From an uncultured Gammaproteobacteria bacterium (GTDB lineage Bacteria; Patescibacteriota; Patescibacteriia; SG8-24), in the NCBI GenBank assembly GCA_964491475.1, contig CAZBFO010000003.1, positions 136,766-200,765 on the forward strand: a stretch of DNA of 64,000 nucleotides, read 5' to 3'. Under the pieces are notes generated by a model that was given only the letters and a program-made list of their open reading frames with translations, was not told the origin of the DNA and searched no databases. Position 1 is the stretch's first letter, and each line of letters opens with the position of its first letter. The translations under genes were made by a program, and so were the position numbers. Positions 19,434 to 27,136 of the stretch are shown one piece after another.

Positions 19434-20354
19434 ATGTGGATCGACGTTCTCATCGCCATCGTCGTTCTCGGTTGCCTCGGGGGCATCGGGTCCATCGTGA
19501 TGCGGAAGTTTCCGCAACTGACGCTCATCGACACCGAGGCGTTGCCGTTGGAACGCGACGCCAAGCGCAAGAAGGAAATCATCCGCCGCCGCGTCGACCA
19601 CATGACGGGCAGCTTCGGGCGCAAGCTCGCGGCATTCCTGGTCCGCCAGTTCGAGCGCGCGCAGGAGCGCTTCCGTTCCGCCTACCGTCAGCTGCTCATT
19701 TTGGAGCGGCAGTACCGCATGGAGAAGCCGACCACGCCCGAGGGCCTCGCCAACAAGATCATCCAGCTGCTGGACCAGGCCAACGCCGCCCGTCAGGACG
19801 GCGACTTCGGCGCGGCCGAGAAGCGCTACATCGAAGTGCTGTCCATAGATCGCCGCAAGCACGAGGCGTATTGGGGACTCGGCGAGCTGTACTTGGAAGC
19901 CAAACGCTACGAGGAGTCCAAGGAGACCTTTGCCTATCTGGTCCGCATGATCCGCAAGGAGTCGCGCTGCGCCCATTTGGAGACCGGCGCCGTCACCGAG
20001 AAGCCTTGCGAAGCCAGCCCTACGGCCCACTCCGACATCGCCACGGGCTGGTTCAACGCCGGTTTGGCCGCCGAGGCCGGGGGTGACGTCGTTTTCGCCC
20101 GCCAAGCCTTTGAGCGCGCAGTCGTCTTCGGCCCCGCAAACCCCCGCTACCTTGATTTGTTGCTGGACGCGTGTATACTGGGAGGCGACAAATCGAGGGC
20201 TGCAGAGGTGTTCGCCCAGCTGCAGGCCGCCAATCCCGACAACGGCAAGCTCGAGGCGTTCGCCCAGCGCATCGCGGAACTGCCCGATCCGCAGCGCAAA
20301 AAGGGAAAGGTGCGATTCGTCATGGCCGCCCGCGAGGAAGGTGGGGACAAGTAA
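19434..20354 (+). CDS. Membrane-anchored TPR protein
   Basis: N-terminal TM helix; TPR-like repeats (AYWGLGELY, NPRYLDLL, NPDNGK). Confidence 0.8.
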   Translation: MWIDVLIAIVVLGCLGGIGSIVMRKFPQLTLIDTEALPLERDAKRKKEIIRRRVDHMTGSFGRKLAAFLVRQFERAQERFRSAYRQLLILERQYRMEKPTTPEGLANKIIQLLDQANAARQDGDFGAAEKRYIEVLSIDRRKHEAYWGLGELYLEAKRYEESKETFAYLVRMIRKESRCAHLETGAVTEKPCEASPTAHSDIATGWFNAGLAAEAGGDVVFARQAFERAVVFGPANPRYLDLLLDACILGGDKSRAAEVFAQLQAANPDNGKLEAFAQRIAELPDPQRKKGKVRFVMAAREEGGDK

Positions 20355-20426
20355 AAGCAGGCAGGGGAGTTGATACTTTTAAGGACATATCGTAGACTTT
20401 CCCCACATCCGAAACCAGACCATCAG

Positions 20427-20502
20427 GCCGACGTAGCTCAGCTGGTAGAGCATTTCCATGGTAAGGAAAAGGTCACCGGTTCAATCCCGGTCGTCGGCTC
20501 CA
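20427..20502 (+). tRNA. tRNA-Thr(GGT)
   Basis: Cloverleaf GCCGACG/CGTCGGC, anticodon loop ATGGTAA, GTTCAA T-loop, encoded CCA. Confidence 0.95.
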
Positions 20503-20609
20503 CTCGATTTTCTTTCGGAACGGCAGCACAATGCGGCCGGTTCGGAAGGCAGCCGAGTGGCTACAAGTTTGCAGAGGCGGTGTCTTTGCGCAAAATAACC
20601 CTTTTATTG

Positions 20610-21074
20610 ATGAATGATGGGGATTTGCGAGAAAGAGAACTTCTGACGATGTGTGCCCTGGCCTTATATTGGGGTGAGGGCGCAAAAAGCATTCGTGCTC
20701 GCGTTGTCGATATTGCCAACAGCGAACCTGCGGTCATCAAGATTTTCCTTCGTTATCTTCGCGAAGTCGTGAAGGTGAATGAGGAGAGGCTGCGAGTCTA
20801 TCTTTATTGCTTCGACGATCAGGACGTAAATGCGCTTATGGACTTTTGGTCCGATCAACTGCGTATTCCACGTTCACAATTCGTTAAGCCGTATATTCGC
20901 GCAGGAGGTTCGGAAAGGACGCGCAAGATGGCTTTTGGCGTCGCTCATGTACGTTATAACGACAAGCGACTGCTAGAGGACATTTTGAAGCAGATAGAAG
21001 AGCTGAAAAACATGGGTAGGTACCGAAGCGGTCAACCGGGAGTGACTGTAAATCACTTGGCTATGCCTTCCTAG
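20610..21074 (+). CDS. LAGLIDADG-like endonuclease-fold protein inside the tRNA cluster
   Basis: ALYWGEG helix and ANSEP..IKIFLRYL motif typical of tRNA-associated CPR LAGLIDADG-like ORFs; visibly lower GC; 3' end runs into tRNA-Tyr. Confidence 0.65.
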   Translation: MNDGDLRERELLTMCALALYWGEGAKSIRARVVDIANSEPAVIKIFLRYLREVVKVNEERLRVYLYCFDDQDVNALMDFWSDQLRIPRSQFVKPYIRAGGSERTRKMAFGVAHVRYNDKRLLEDILKQIEELKNMGRYRSGQPGVTVNHLAMPS

Positions 21075-21098
21075 GTTCGAATCCTAGCCTACCCACCA
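21014..21098 (+). tRNA. tRNA-Tyr(GTA)
   Basis: GGGTAGG/CCTACCC acceptor, CTGTAAA loop, long variable arm, GTTCGAA, CCA. Confidence 0.95.
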
Positions 21099-21116
21099 CC
21101 CAACTTTTCACCTCGG

Positions 21117-21192
21117 GCCACCTTAGCTCAGCTGGTAGAGCACCTGTTTTGTAAACAGAAGGTCCCGGGTTCGATCCCCGGAGGTGGCTCCA
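21117..21192 (+). tRNA. tRNA-Thr(TGT)
   Basis: GCCACCT/AGGTGGC acceptor, TTTGTAA loop, GTTCGA, CCA. Confidence 0.93.
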
Positions 21193-21270
21193 CCCATCTG
21201 ATGAGGGGCGGCTCTGGACAGATTTCCGCAGATAAGATAGGCTCCTCCCATTGAGTGAACCAACCCCTGT

Positions 21271-21426
21271 ATGTCACAAGACAACCTCGTAAAACTGGAG
21301 TGCACGACCTGCCACCGGGTCAACTACTACTCCCACAAGAACAAGAAGAAGCTCAAGGCTCGCCTCGAGATCAAGAAGTTCTGTGAGTGGTGCGACAAGC
21401 ACGGCGGTCACAAGGAGACCAAGTAA
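21271..21426 (+). CDS. rpmG: 50S ribosomal protein L33 (Zn-ribbon type; below the ORF-track length cutoff)
   Basis: Manual translation MSQDNLVKLECTTCHRVNYYSHKNKKKLKARLEIKKFCEWCDKHGGHKETK*. Confidence 0.96.
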   Translation: MSQDNLVKLECTTCHRVNYYSHKNKKKLKARLEIKKFCEWCDKHGGHKETK

Positions 21427-21497
21427 GCTTGGTCCGCCTGGTCCGCAAAGAAGTCAGCCTTCACAAGGGGCTGATTTTTTGCTATACTTAGGCGCAT

Positions 21498-21995
21498 ATG
21501 GGTCCATTTGGTGGAGAAGGTCGCGGCGGGTACGTGCCTCCCGAACATATGACGGAGCCCCAACCGCAGCCCGAAAAACATGACGGTCCTGCCCCGTCCG
21601 TTCCCGAGAACGAGATGCAGTTTACGTTCTCCGCTTCCGGCGGCCCCGGCGGCCAGAACGTGAACAAGGTGGCATCCAAGGCGACCCTGCGTTGGAACGT
21701 CGGCGCTTCGGGAGCCTATTCCGAAGAGCAAAAGCAGCTCATACGCGAGTATGCCGGCAGCTACCTCAACAAAGCCGACGAGATCATCATCCAGTCCAAC
21801 GAACAGCGTTCCCAGCATCAAAACCGCGACAGCGCGGCCGAGCGTCTGCAAAACCTGGTGGCACAGGCGCTGATCCCCAAGAAGGAACGCAAGGAAACCA
21901 AGCCCAGCTGGGGCGCAAAACAAAAACGCCTCGACGAGAAGCGCATGGAAAGCAACAAGAAGAAGGAAAGGCGCCGCGGCGGGGATGACTTTTAA
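21498..21995 (+). CDS. arfB: Alternative ribosome rescue factor B (peptidyl-tRNA hydrolase)
   Basis: SGGPGGQNVNKVASK, RSQHQNR, basic tail RKETKPS..KRL..KR. Confidence 0.92.
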   Translation: MGPFGGEGRGGYVPPEHMTEPQPQPEKHDGPAPSVPENEMQFTFSASGGPGGQNVNKVASKATLRWNVGASGAYSEEQKQLIREYAGSYLNKADEIIIQSNEQRSQHQNRDSAAERLQNLVAQALIPKKERKETKPSWGAKQKRLDEKRMESNKKKERRRGGDDF

Positions 21996-22051
21996 ACGGC
22001 TGGACAAGCCCCAAAAGGCGCGTTATTATCGTCCCACGAAGCTGATCTCAT

Positions 22052-22125
22052 AGGGGATTGGTGAAATGGTATCACAAGGGTCTCCAAAACCCTTGTCGTA
22101 GGTTCGATTCCTACATCCCCTGCCA
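22052..22125 (+). tRNA. tRNA-Trp(CCA)
   Basis: AGGGGAT/ATCCCCT acceptor, CTCCAAA loop, GTTCGA, CCA. Confidence 0.95.
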
Positions 22126-22219
22126 AGAGCTGATTTGGTGCCAAAGACCGGATACCCTGGCGCAATTGCGCGGTGGTGCCGGTGACTGGATCCCTGCCGC
22201 TCCCACCAAGTCGGCTGCT

Positions 22220-22256
22220 GAAAAATCGCCACGTTGAGTGGTGATTTTTCGTTTTT
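22220..22256 (+). terminator. Terminator downstream of tRNA-Trp
   Basis: gaaaaatcgccac-gttga-gtggtgatttttc + gttttt. Confidence 0.7.
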
Positions 22257-22260
22257 GGAG

Positions 22261-22281
22261 GGTTCGATTCCTGTATCCCTT
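22261..22281 (+). repeat. Degenerate copy of the tRNA-Trp 3' end (att-like)
   Basis: ggttcgattcctgtatccctt vs tRNA 22101-22121 ggttcgattcctacatcccct; first 12 nt identical. Confidence 0.65.
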
Positions 22282-22329
22282 CTTGCGTGCTCGTTTTGCC
22301 TGTCGTGAGCTACGCGCGTGCTACGCACA

Positions 22330-22358
22330 TTGACAAACGACCGAAATTACGCTACATT
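22330..22358 (+). promoter_or_regulatory. Sigma70 promoter of cassette 1
   Basis: TTGACA-N17-TACATT. Confidence 0.7.
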
Positions 22359-22547
22359 TAGGCATCGTACACGTTGTCATGCATTGATAAGCAGGGCGCA
22401 GCGAAGGCCGTTCCGGTAACGGAACTGCCTTCGCTGCGACCATGCTGGTCAACGCCCCGCCTCGGGGTACGAGGATGCGCCGCAGAATGCGGCCTCGGTC
22501 CTCGCAGGACCGGGAACAGTGCCGGCTATCAGCCGGGGAGAATCGAC

Positions 22548-23168
22548 ATGGCAAAGTACGGGCATCGTCCATTGAACTGGTTTGAGGCGATCGTGAACAA
22601 GCTCGGCGGCGAGGAGGCGGCAGAACGTTTCCTCCGCGGCGAGCTGGCGGTCTCCGAGTCGCAACGCAAGTGGCGCGAAGAGGACGGGGTGATTTACCTC
22701 TCGGTCACCTCCGACGGCACCACCGGCCCGCAGTGGATCGAGCGTCTCGAAGCCGCCGGCAACCGCGTGAGCGATTACGCCAAACGGCTGCTTCGCTCCA
22801 AGGACTTCGCGCCGACGAGCGGCGTGAAGTACGAGATCGCCGTCCTGAAGGGCTTGCTCTTCGATGAGGATGTTCGCATCACTGCGAACATCCGCGCGGA
22901 AGCCGAGAAGCGCGGCCTCGCCAAGCCGAACGCGGAAGTCGCCTGCCTCATCCGCGCGAACTTCACGGACAAGGAGATCGAGGCGATGGGTCTCTGGTGG
23001 ATCGTGGTGATGCACGAACCTATCAAGGATTCTGACGGTGATCCGGGCCTCCTGAGCGTGGGCCGCGGCGTTGGCGGTCGTTGGCTCGGTGCCTATTGGG
23101 TCGAGCCTGGCGGCAGGTGGAGTCGCGAGCGCGGGTTCGCGTTCGTCGGGCCGCAAGTCAGCGCTTAG
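22548..23168 (+). CDS. DGR-target-like protein (CLec-type variable C-terminus)
   Basis: GGAG SD; C-terminus DSDGDPGLLSVGRGVGGRWLGAYWVEPGGRWSRERGFAFV resembles CPR DGR variable regions. Confidence 0.65.
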   Translation: MAKYGHRPLNWFEAIVNKLGGEEAAERFLRGELAVSESQRKWREEDGVIYLSVTSDGTTGPQWIERLEAAGNRVSDYAKRLLRSKDFAPTSGVKYEIAVLKGLLFDEDVRITANIRAEAEKRGLAKPNAEVACLIRANFTDKEIEAMGLWWIVVMHEPIKDSDGDPGLLSVGRGVGGRWLGAYWVEPGGRWSRERGFAFVGPQVSA

Positions 23169-23207
23169 TGCCTTGATGCGTTGATCTTCTTGGAAACTTA
23201 GCCCTTA

Positions 23208-23241
23208 GCCCGTCTCTCACATGCGTGGGAGGCGGGTTTTT
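23208..23241 (+). terminator. Terminator after cassette 1
   Basis: gcccgtctctcac-atgc-gtgggaggcgggt + tttt. Confidence 0.75.
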
Positions 23242-23492
23242 CATTTTGGCAAGTTCGATTCCCGTTACCGTTTCGTCCGCAGTTTAGGCGTCGGTCATAT
23301 TGACAAAATGGCATTTTTATGCAATAAATAAGGGTCAATAAGGGCCAAGAAGCATGAATCCCCGAATTCGCCCCAACGGGAAGCTGCCGGAAATCGGCCT
23401 CTTCCCGTCGCGGTGAACGTCGCTTATGGTGAGCGTCCGATCCTCGGCAAGCCGATGTGTCCCATAGTGGGATGAGTCGGCAAGGAGACAGC

Positions 23493-24077
23493 ATGGCAAG
23501 CGAACAGTTCAAGTTGGGAGTAGGCGCGGCGCACGAGTTCGAGATCGCCTTCCGCAAGGCCGGAGGAACGAACTCGGACTTCACTCGCATGACCCAGAAT
23601 GAGGAGAGGCTTCGACAGATCCTCGCCATCGTCAGGGGTGCGGTCAAGATCGAGATCGTCGGTCGCCTTATCGACTGCGACGCGGACCCCTTCGTCCCCG
23701 AGGGGTGGTCGGTCGAGGAGCACCGCAAGGGCGGGCTCATCGACCTCGCAACGATGAAACTGTCACTTTTCCTCGCGGAGCAGCAGAAGAAGGGCAGTAT
23801 CGGCTAGTCCGCGACCACCCTGCGGAGGTCGCGGGCGCCGATACTGAACGCCAACGTTCTGGATTACCTGGTCGCCAATTCCGAGCTCATTCCGAACGAG
23901 TGGAAGGGCAAGGACGTGTTCTTCTGGCGCACCATCTACCGCGACCGCGACGGCAGCCTGTTCGTCCGCTGCCTCCTCTGGCTCGGCGACGGCTGGGGAT
24001 GGGACTGGAACGACGTCTGGCTCGACGACGGCTGGGGCCCGTTCCGCCCGGCCGCGTGCGGGAAAGCTAGCGCTTAG
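23493..24077 (+). pseudogene. DGR-target-like protein interrupted by one in-frame TAG (23805-23807); pseudogene or readthrough
   Basis: IDCDADPFVPEGWSVEEH...KKGSIG*SATTLRRSRAPILNANVLDYL..LIPNEWKGKDVFFW.TIYRD.DGSLFVRCLLW...W...W.WLDDGW..PAA continues in the same frame to TAG at 24075-24077. Confidence 0.7.
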
Positions 24078-24133
24078 CGCTTGGTGCGCTCTGCACTCTT
24101 AGACCCTTAGAACTGTGTCCTCGGACAAGCTTT

Positions 24134-24169
24134 CGCCCCGCGCATGCCATTGGCAGCGCGGGGCGTTTT
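24134..24169 (+). terminator. Terminator after cassette 2
   Basis: cgccccgcgc...gcgcggggcg + tttt. Confidence 0.7.
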
Positions 24170-24282
24170 CGTATCATCGGCGCAATGGAAAAAATCAGAG
24201 ATTTGTTCTAAACACGGATGCTCCTGCCATAAAATCCGAAATAAAATAGCCGCCCAACGCATGAAGCGCAGGGCGGCCGTGG

Positions 24283-24651
24283 TCAGTTGATCAAGAGATT
24301 CACACGCCGCGCGACTACGGAGATGCCCCCATAGTAGCCGTTGTGCTCGTTGTGAGTGCAGACCGTGAACGTACCGTTGCTCGTCATGACAACGAGGAAC
24401 TGCACTTCATGGACGTGATCGGAGTCATCGTCCGCGCCTGAAGGCGCGTCTCGGACCTCGATCCCGTGCAGCACGCCGCCGACCGCCTCGGAGAGGTCGT
24501 CGTCGGTGTGCATGTAGCGGCACTCGCAACAAAGCCGCATGTCGTCGGCAAGGCAAAGCGCCATCCCGTCCGAAAACCGGATGGTCAGCTCGCCGTCCAA
24601 CTTAATGCAGGAGATCGTCTTGCCAATGAACTCACGGACTACGTTTTCCAT
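24283..24651 (-). CDS. Hypothetical protein, phage-like family (CCE...HNGYYGG)
   Basis: CCECRY and HNEHNGYYGG motifs recalled from small phage proteins. Confidence 0.7.
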   Translation of the reverse strand: MENVVREFIGKTISCIKLDGELTIRFSDGMALCLADDMRLCCECRYMHTDDDLSEAVGGVLHGIEVRDAPSGADDDSDHVHEVQFLVVMTSNGTFTVCTHNEHNGYYGGISVVARRVNLLIN

Positions 24652-24837
24652 GTTCTTCTCCACTCGGGTGAGGTGCGTTTACTAACGCGGCTCCCGGGCG
24701 GTCAGGTGCATGAAACACGCAGACATATATGCTTATCAGATTTTACGCGGTTTGTCAATGTTCGAAGGATGCTTTTACAAGCATTTCTCAACAAAAAACC
24801 GCCGACCCTAGTCGGCGGTCCGAAAGTTCCCTTCTAC

Positions 24838-25734
24838 TCAAGTCCCTCGCGGACCGACTTTCCACACCAAGGCCAAGTAATCCCGTACCCGCAGCAACCG
24901 TCCTTCGCCGCGATCACGCGCCTGCGTCCAATGGATCGCCGGCACCAGATGATGCTCGGCGTGCAAGTTCCTTTTGATGAGCAGGAACTCGATCGGCGCG
25001 GGGAAGGCCAAGTTCCAGGAGCGTGCGTACTGCTCGTCGAGGGAGACGATGCGGCGTAGTCCTTGGTCCGCGATCTCTTCGGTGCGGTAGTGCTCGCTTT
25101 GGGCGAACAGCACGTCGATGGGCAGGAGCAGGAACATCGGCAGGTACCAGGCCACGAAGACCTGGACCGGCAGCAAGTACCAGCTCGTTCCAGCAACGAA
25201 GCCGATCGCCACGATGGCAATCGGCACCGCCCAGCGAACGGCACGCACGAACGGCTTGTCGCCGCCGAAAGATGCCAGCGCCACGGCGGAGTAGGCGAGA
25301 ATGCCGCGGATGCGTCCGAGCTTCTGCCGCGCCGATAGCTCCGGCCAACCAGCCACCATTTCCAGGTACGCCGGCGCTTTGTAGAACGGGCGTTCCGGGT
25401 CGTTGACGGTGTTGGCGAAGCGGTGGTGGTCGAGGTGGAAGGTGCGGTAGGTGTCGAAGTCGATGCTTAACAGGGCGGCGGCGATCTTGCCGAGAGACCT
25501 GTTCCAGCCGCGGCTTCGGGCGAAGAGGTTGGCGTGCACCGTCTGGTGCACGAACTCGCTCAACCCCGAGAGGTGGCCGACGAACAGCGGCAGCAGCAGC
25601 AACGCCCACCAGGTGTTCCATAGCGCGATGAGCAGGCCCCACGATGCGGTGAAGGACGTGACCCAGAGGGCGTCGGCCAGCGCGAATCTTGCCTTGCCGG
25701 TCTTTGCGGACGCCGGCGTCTTTTTGTCATTCAT
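24838..25734 (-). CDS. Membrane fatty-acid-desaturase-superfamily protein
   Basis: Three His boxes HQTVH, HLDHH, HAEHH and TM segments. Confidence 0.85.
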   Translation of the reverse strand: MNDKKTPASAKTGKARFALADALWVTSFTASWGLLIALWNTWWALLLLPLFVGHLSGLSEFVHQTVHANLFARSRGWNRSLGKIAAALLSIDFDTYRTFHLDHHRFANTVNDPERPFYKAPAYLEMVAGWPELSARQKLGRIRGILAYSAVALASFGGDKPFVRAVRWAVPIAIVAIGFVAGTSWYLLPVQVFVAWYLPMFLLLPIDVLFAQSEHYRTEEIADQGLRRIVSLDEQYARSWNLAFPAPIEFLLIKRNLHAEHHLVPAIHWTQARDRGEGRLLRVRDYLALVWKVGPRGT

Positions 25735-25880
25735 TCTGACCGGTCCTTTCTTGCGGGAGAGGTCGCGCGCAACATAGCAGTTTTTGCATCGAAAGTCAAA
25801 GGGTCGTGAATGCGGTTTGGCCACCCTGCCCTCGATGCTGTACACTAGCGGGCAGAGAGGTATTCCTAACCTAAGCGACT

Positions 25881-26300
25881 ATGGAACTCAACTACGGTGC
25901 CATCATGTTGGCGTCAGTCATCCAGTTCGTCATCGGCGGCATTTGGTACATGCCGATGTTCGGCGACACGTGGGGCAAGATCCACGGCTTCGACCGGAAG
26001 TCCAAGGAGGCGCAGGCGGCGATGAAGAAGGGAATGGCGCCCTTGTTGGGCGTGCAGTTCTTGGTAACCATCGTTACCACCTCCATCTTGGCGCTGTTCA
26101 TGCAGGCGCTGCCGCACGATTGGAACGCTTACGGCATGGCCGGCTTCTTCTGGCTTGGCTTCGTCCTGCCGACGCAGATCAGCGCGGTCATTTTTGGCGG
26201 CACCGATCCCAAGTGGGTCCGCACCAAGATCAGCATCGCGGCCGGCGGTTCGCTCGTCAGCCTGGAGGCAGCGGCTGCCGTGCTCGCTTATCTGAAGTAA
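25881..26300 (+). CDS. DUF1761-like membrane protein
   Basis: GGIWY.P.FG..W and four TM helices. Confidence 0.75.
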   Translation: MELNYGAIMLASVIQFVIGGIWYMPMFGDTWGKIHGFDRKSKEAQAAMKKGMAPLLGVQFLVTIVTTSILALFMQALPHDWNAYGMAGFFWLGFVLPTQISAVIFGGTDPKWVRTKISIAAGGSLVSLEAAAAVLAYLK

Positions 26301-26390
26301 CACGGATAGCAGGGAAAAGGGCGCCGGCATCGTGCTGGCGCCCTTTTTTGGCTCCTTTCGGAAATATTCCAGTCCGGTATACTCCCGGAC

Positions 26391-27071
26391 ATGTCAGTCA
26401 ACCTGCATGAGTCGTGGAAAAAGCGCCTTGCCGCCGAATTCGAGAAGCCGTACTTCGCGGCTTTGAGCGCTTTCGTGCGCGAGCAATACACGACCAAGGG
26501 CAAACGGATTTACCCTGCACCCAAGAACATTTTTGCCGCGCTCGACGCGGTGCCCTTCGACGACGTGCGCGTCGTCATTTTGGGCCAGGATCCGTATCAC
26601 GGTCCGGGCCAGGCACACGGCCTGTCGTTTTCCGTTCCTGATGGCGTGCAGATTCCGCCGAGCTTGCAGAACATCTACAAGGAAATCCGCAGCGACCTGG
26701 GCATTGAGCCGCCGCGCAACGGTAACCTCTCCGGCTGGGCGGCGCAGGGCGTGCTGCTGCTGAACGCCATGCTGACGGTCGAGGCGGGCCGTGCGGGCTC
26801 GCACCAGGGCAAGGGTTGGGAGGAATTCACGGACGCCGTCATCCGGGCGATTAACGACGGGCGCGAGGGGGTTGTGTTCATGCTGTGGGGGTCTTACGCG
26901 CAAAAGAAGGGCGCGCACATCGACCGGAAGCGTCATTTGGTGCTGACTGCGCCGCATCCCAGCCCGCTTTCGGCCTACGCGGGTTTTTTCGGCTGCAAGC
27001 ACTTCAGCAAGGCCAACGCGTACTTGCGCCAACGCGGTCAGCAGGAAATCGATTGGGGGAGAGAAGCCTGA
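26391..27071 (+). CDS. ung: Uracil-DNA glycosylase (family 1)
   Basis: ILGQDPYHG, PPSLQNIYKE, GVLLLN, HPSPLS. Confidence 0.97.
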   Translation: MSVNLHESWKKRLAAEFEKPYFAALSAFVREQYTTKGKRIYPAPKNIFAALDAVPFDDVRVVILGQDPYHGPGQAHGLSFSVPDGVQIPPSLQNIYKEIRSDLGIEPPRNGNLSGWAAQGVLLLNAMLTVEAGRAGSHQGKGWEEFTDAVIRAINDGREGVVFMLWGSYAQKKGAHIDRKRHLVLTAPHPSPLSAYAGFFGCKHFSKANAYLRQRGQQEIDWGREA

Positions 27072-27136
27072 CGCGTCAAGCACGGCCACGGAATGAAAAA
27101 ACCTCCCCAAGCGGGGAGGTTTCGTTTTTGAGATCG

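Noticed and set aside
23805-23807. Genome-wide TAG recoding or pyrrolysine
   Set aside because: TAG is an ordinary stop in many genes here (e.g. ends at 9381, 32810, 42606, 50162); no pyl genes seen
22126-24700. Complete DGR or prophage
   Set aside because: No reverse transcriptase, Avd, adenine-rich template repeat, integrase or structural phage genes in the window
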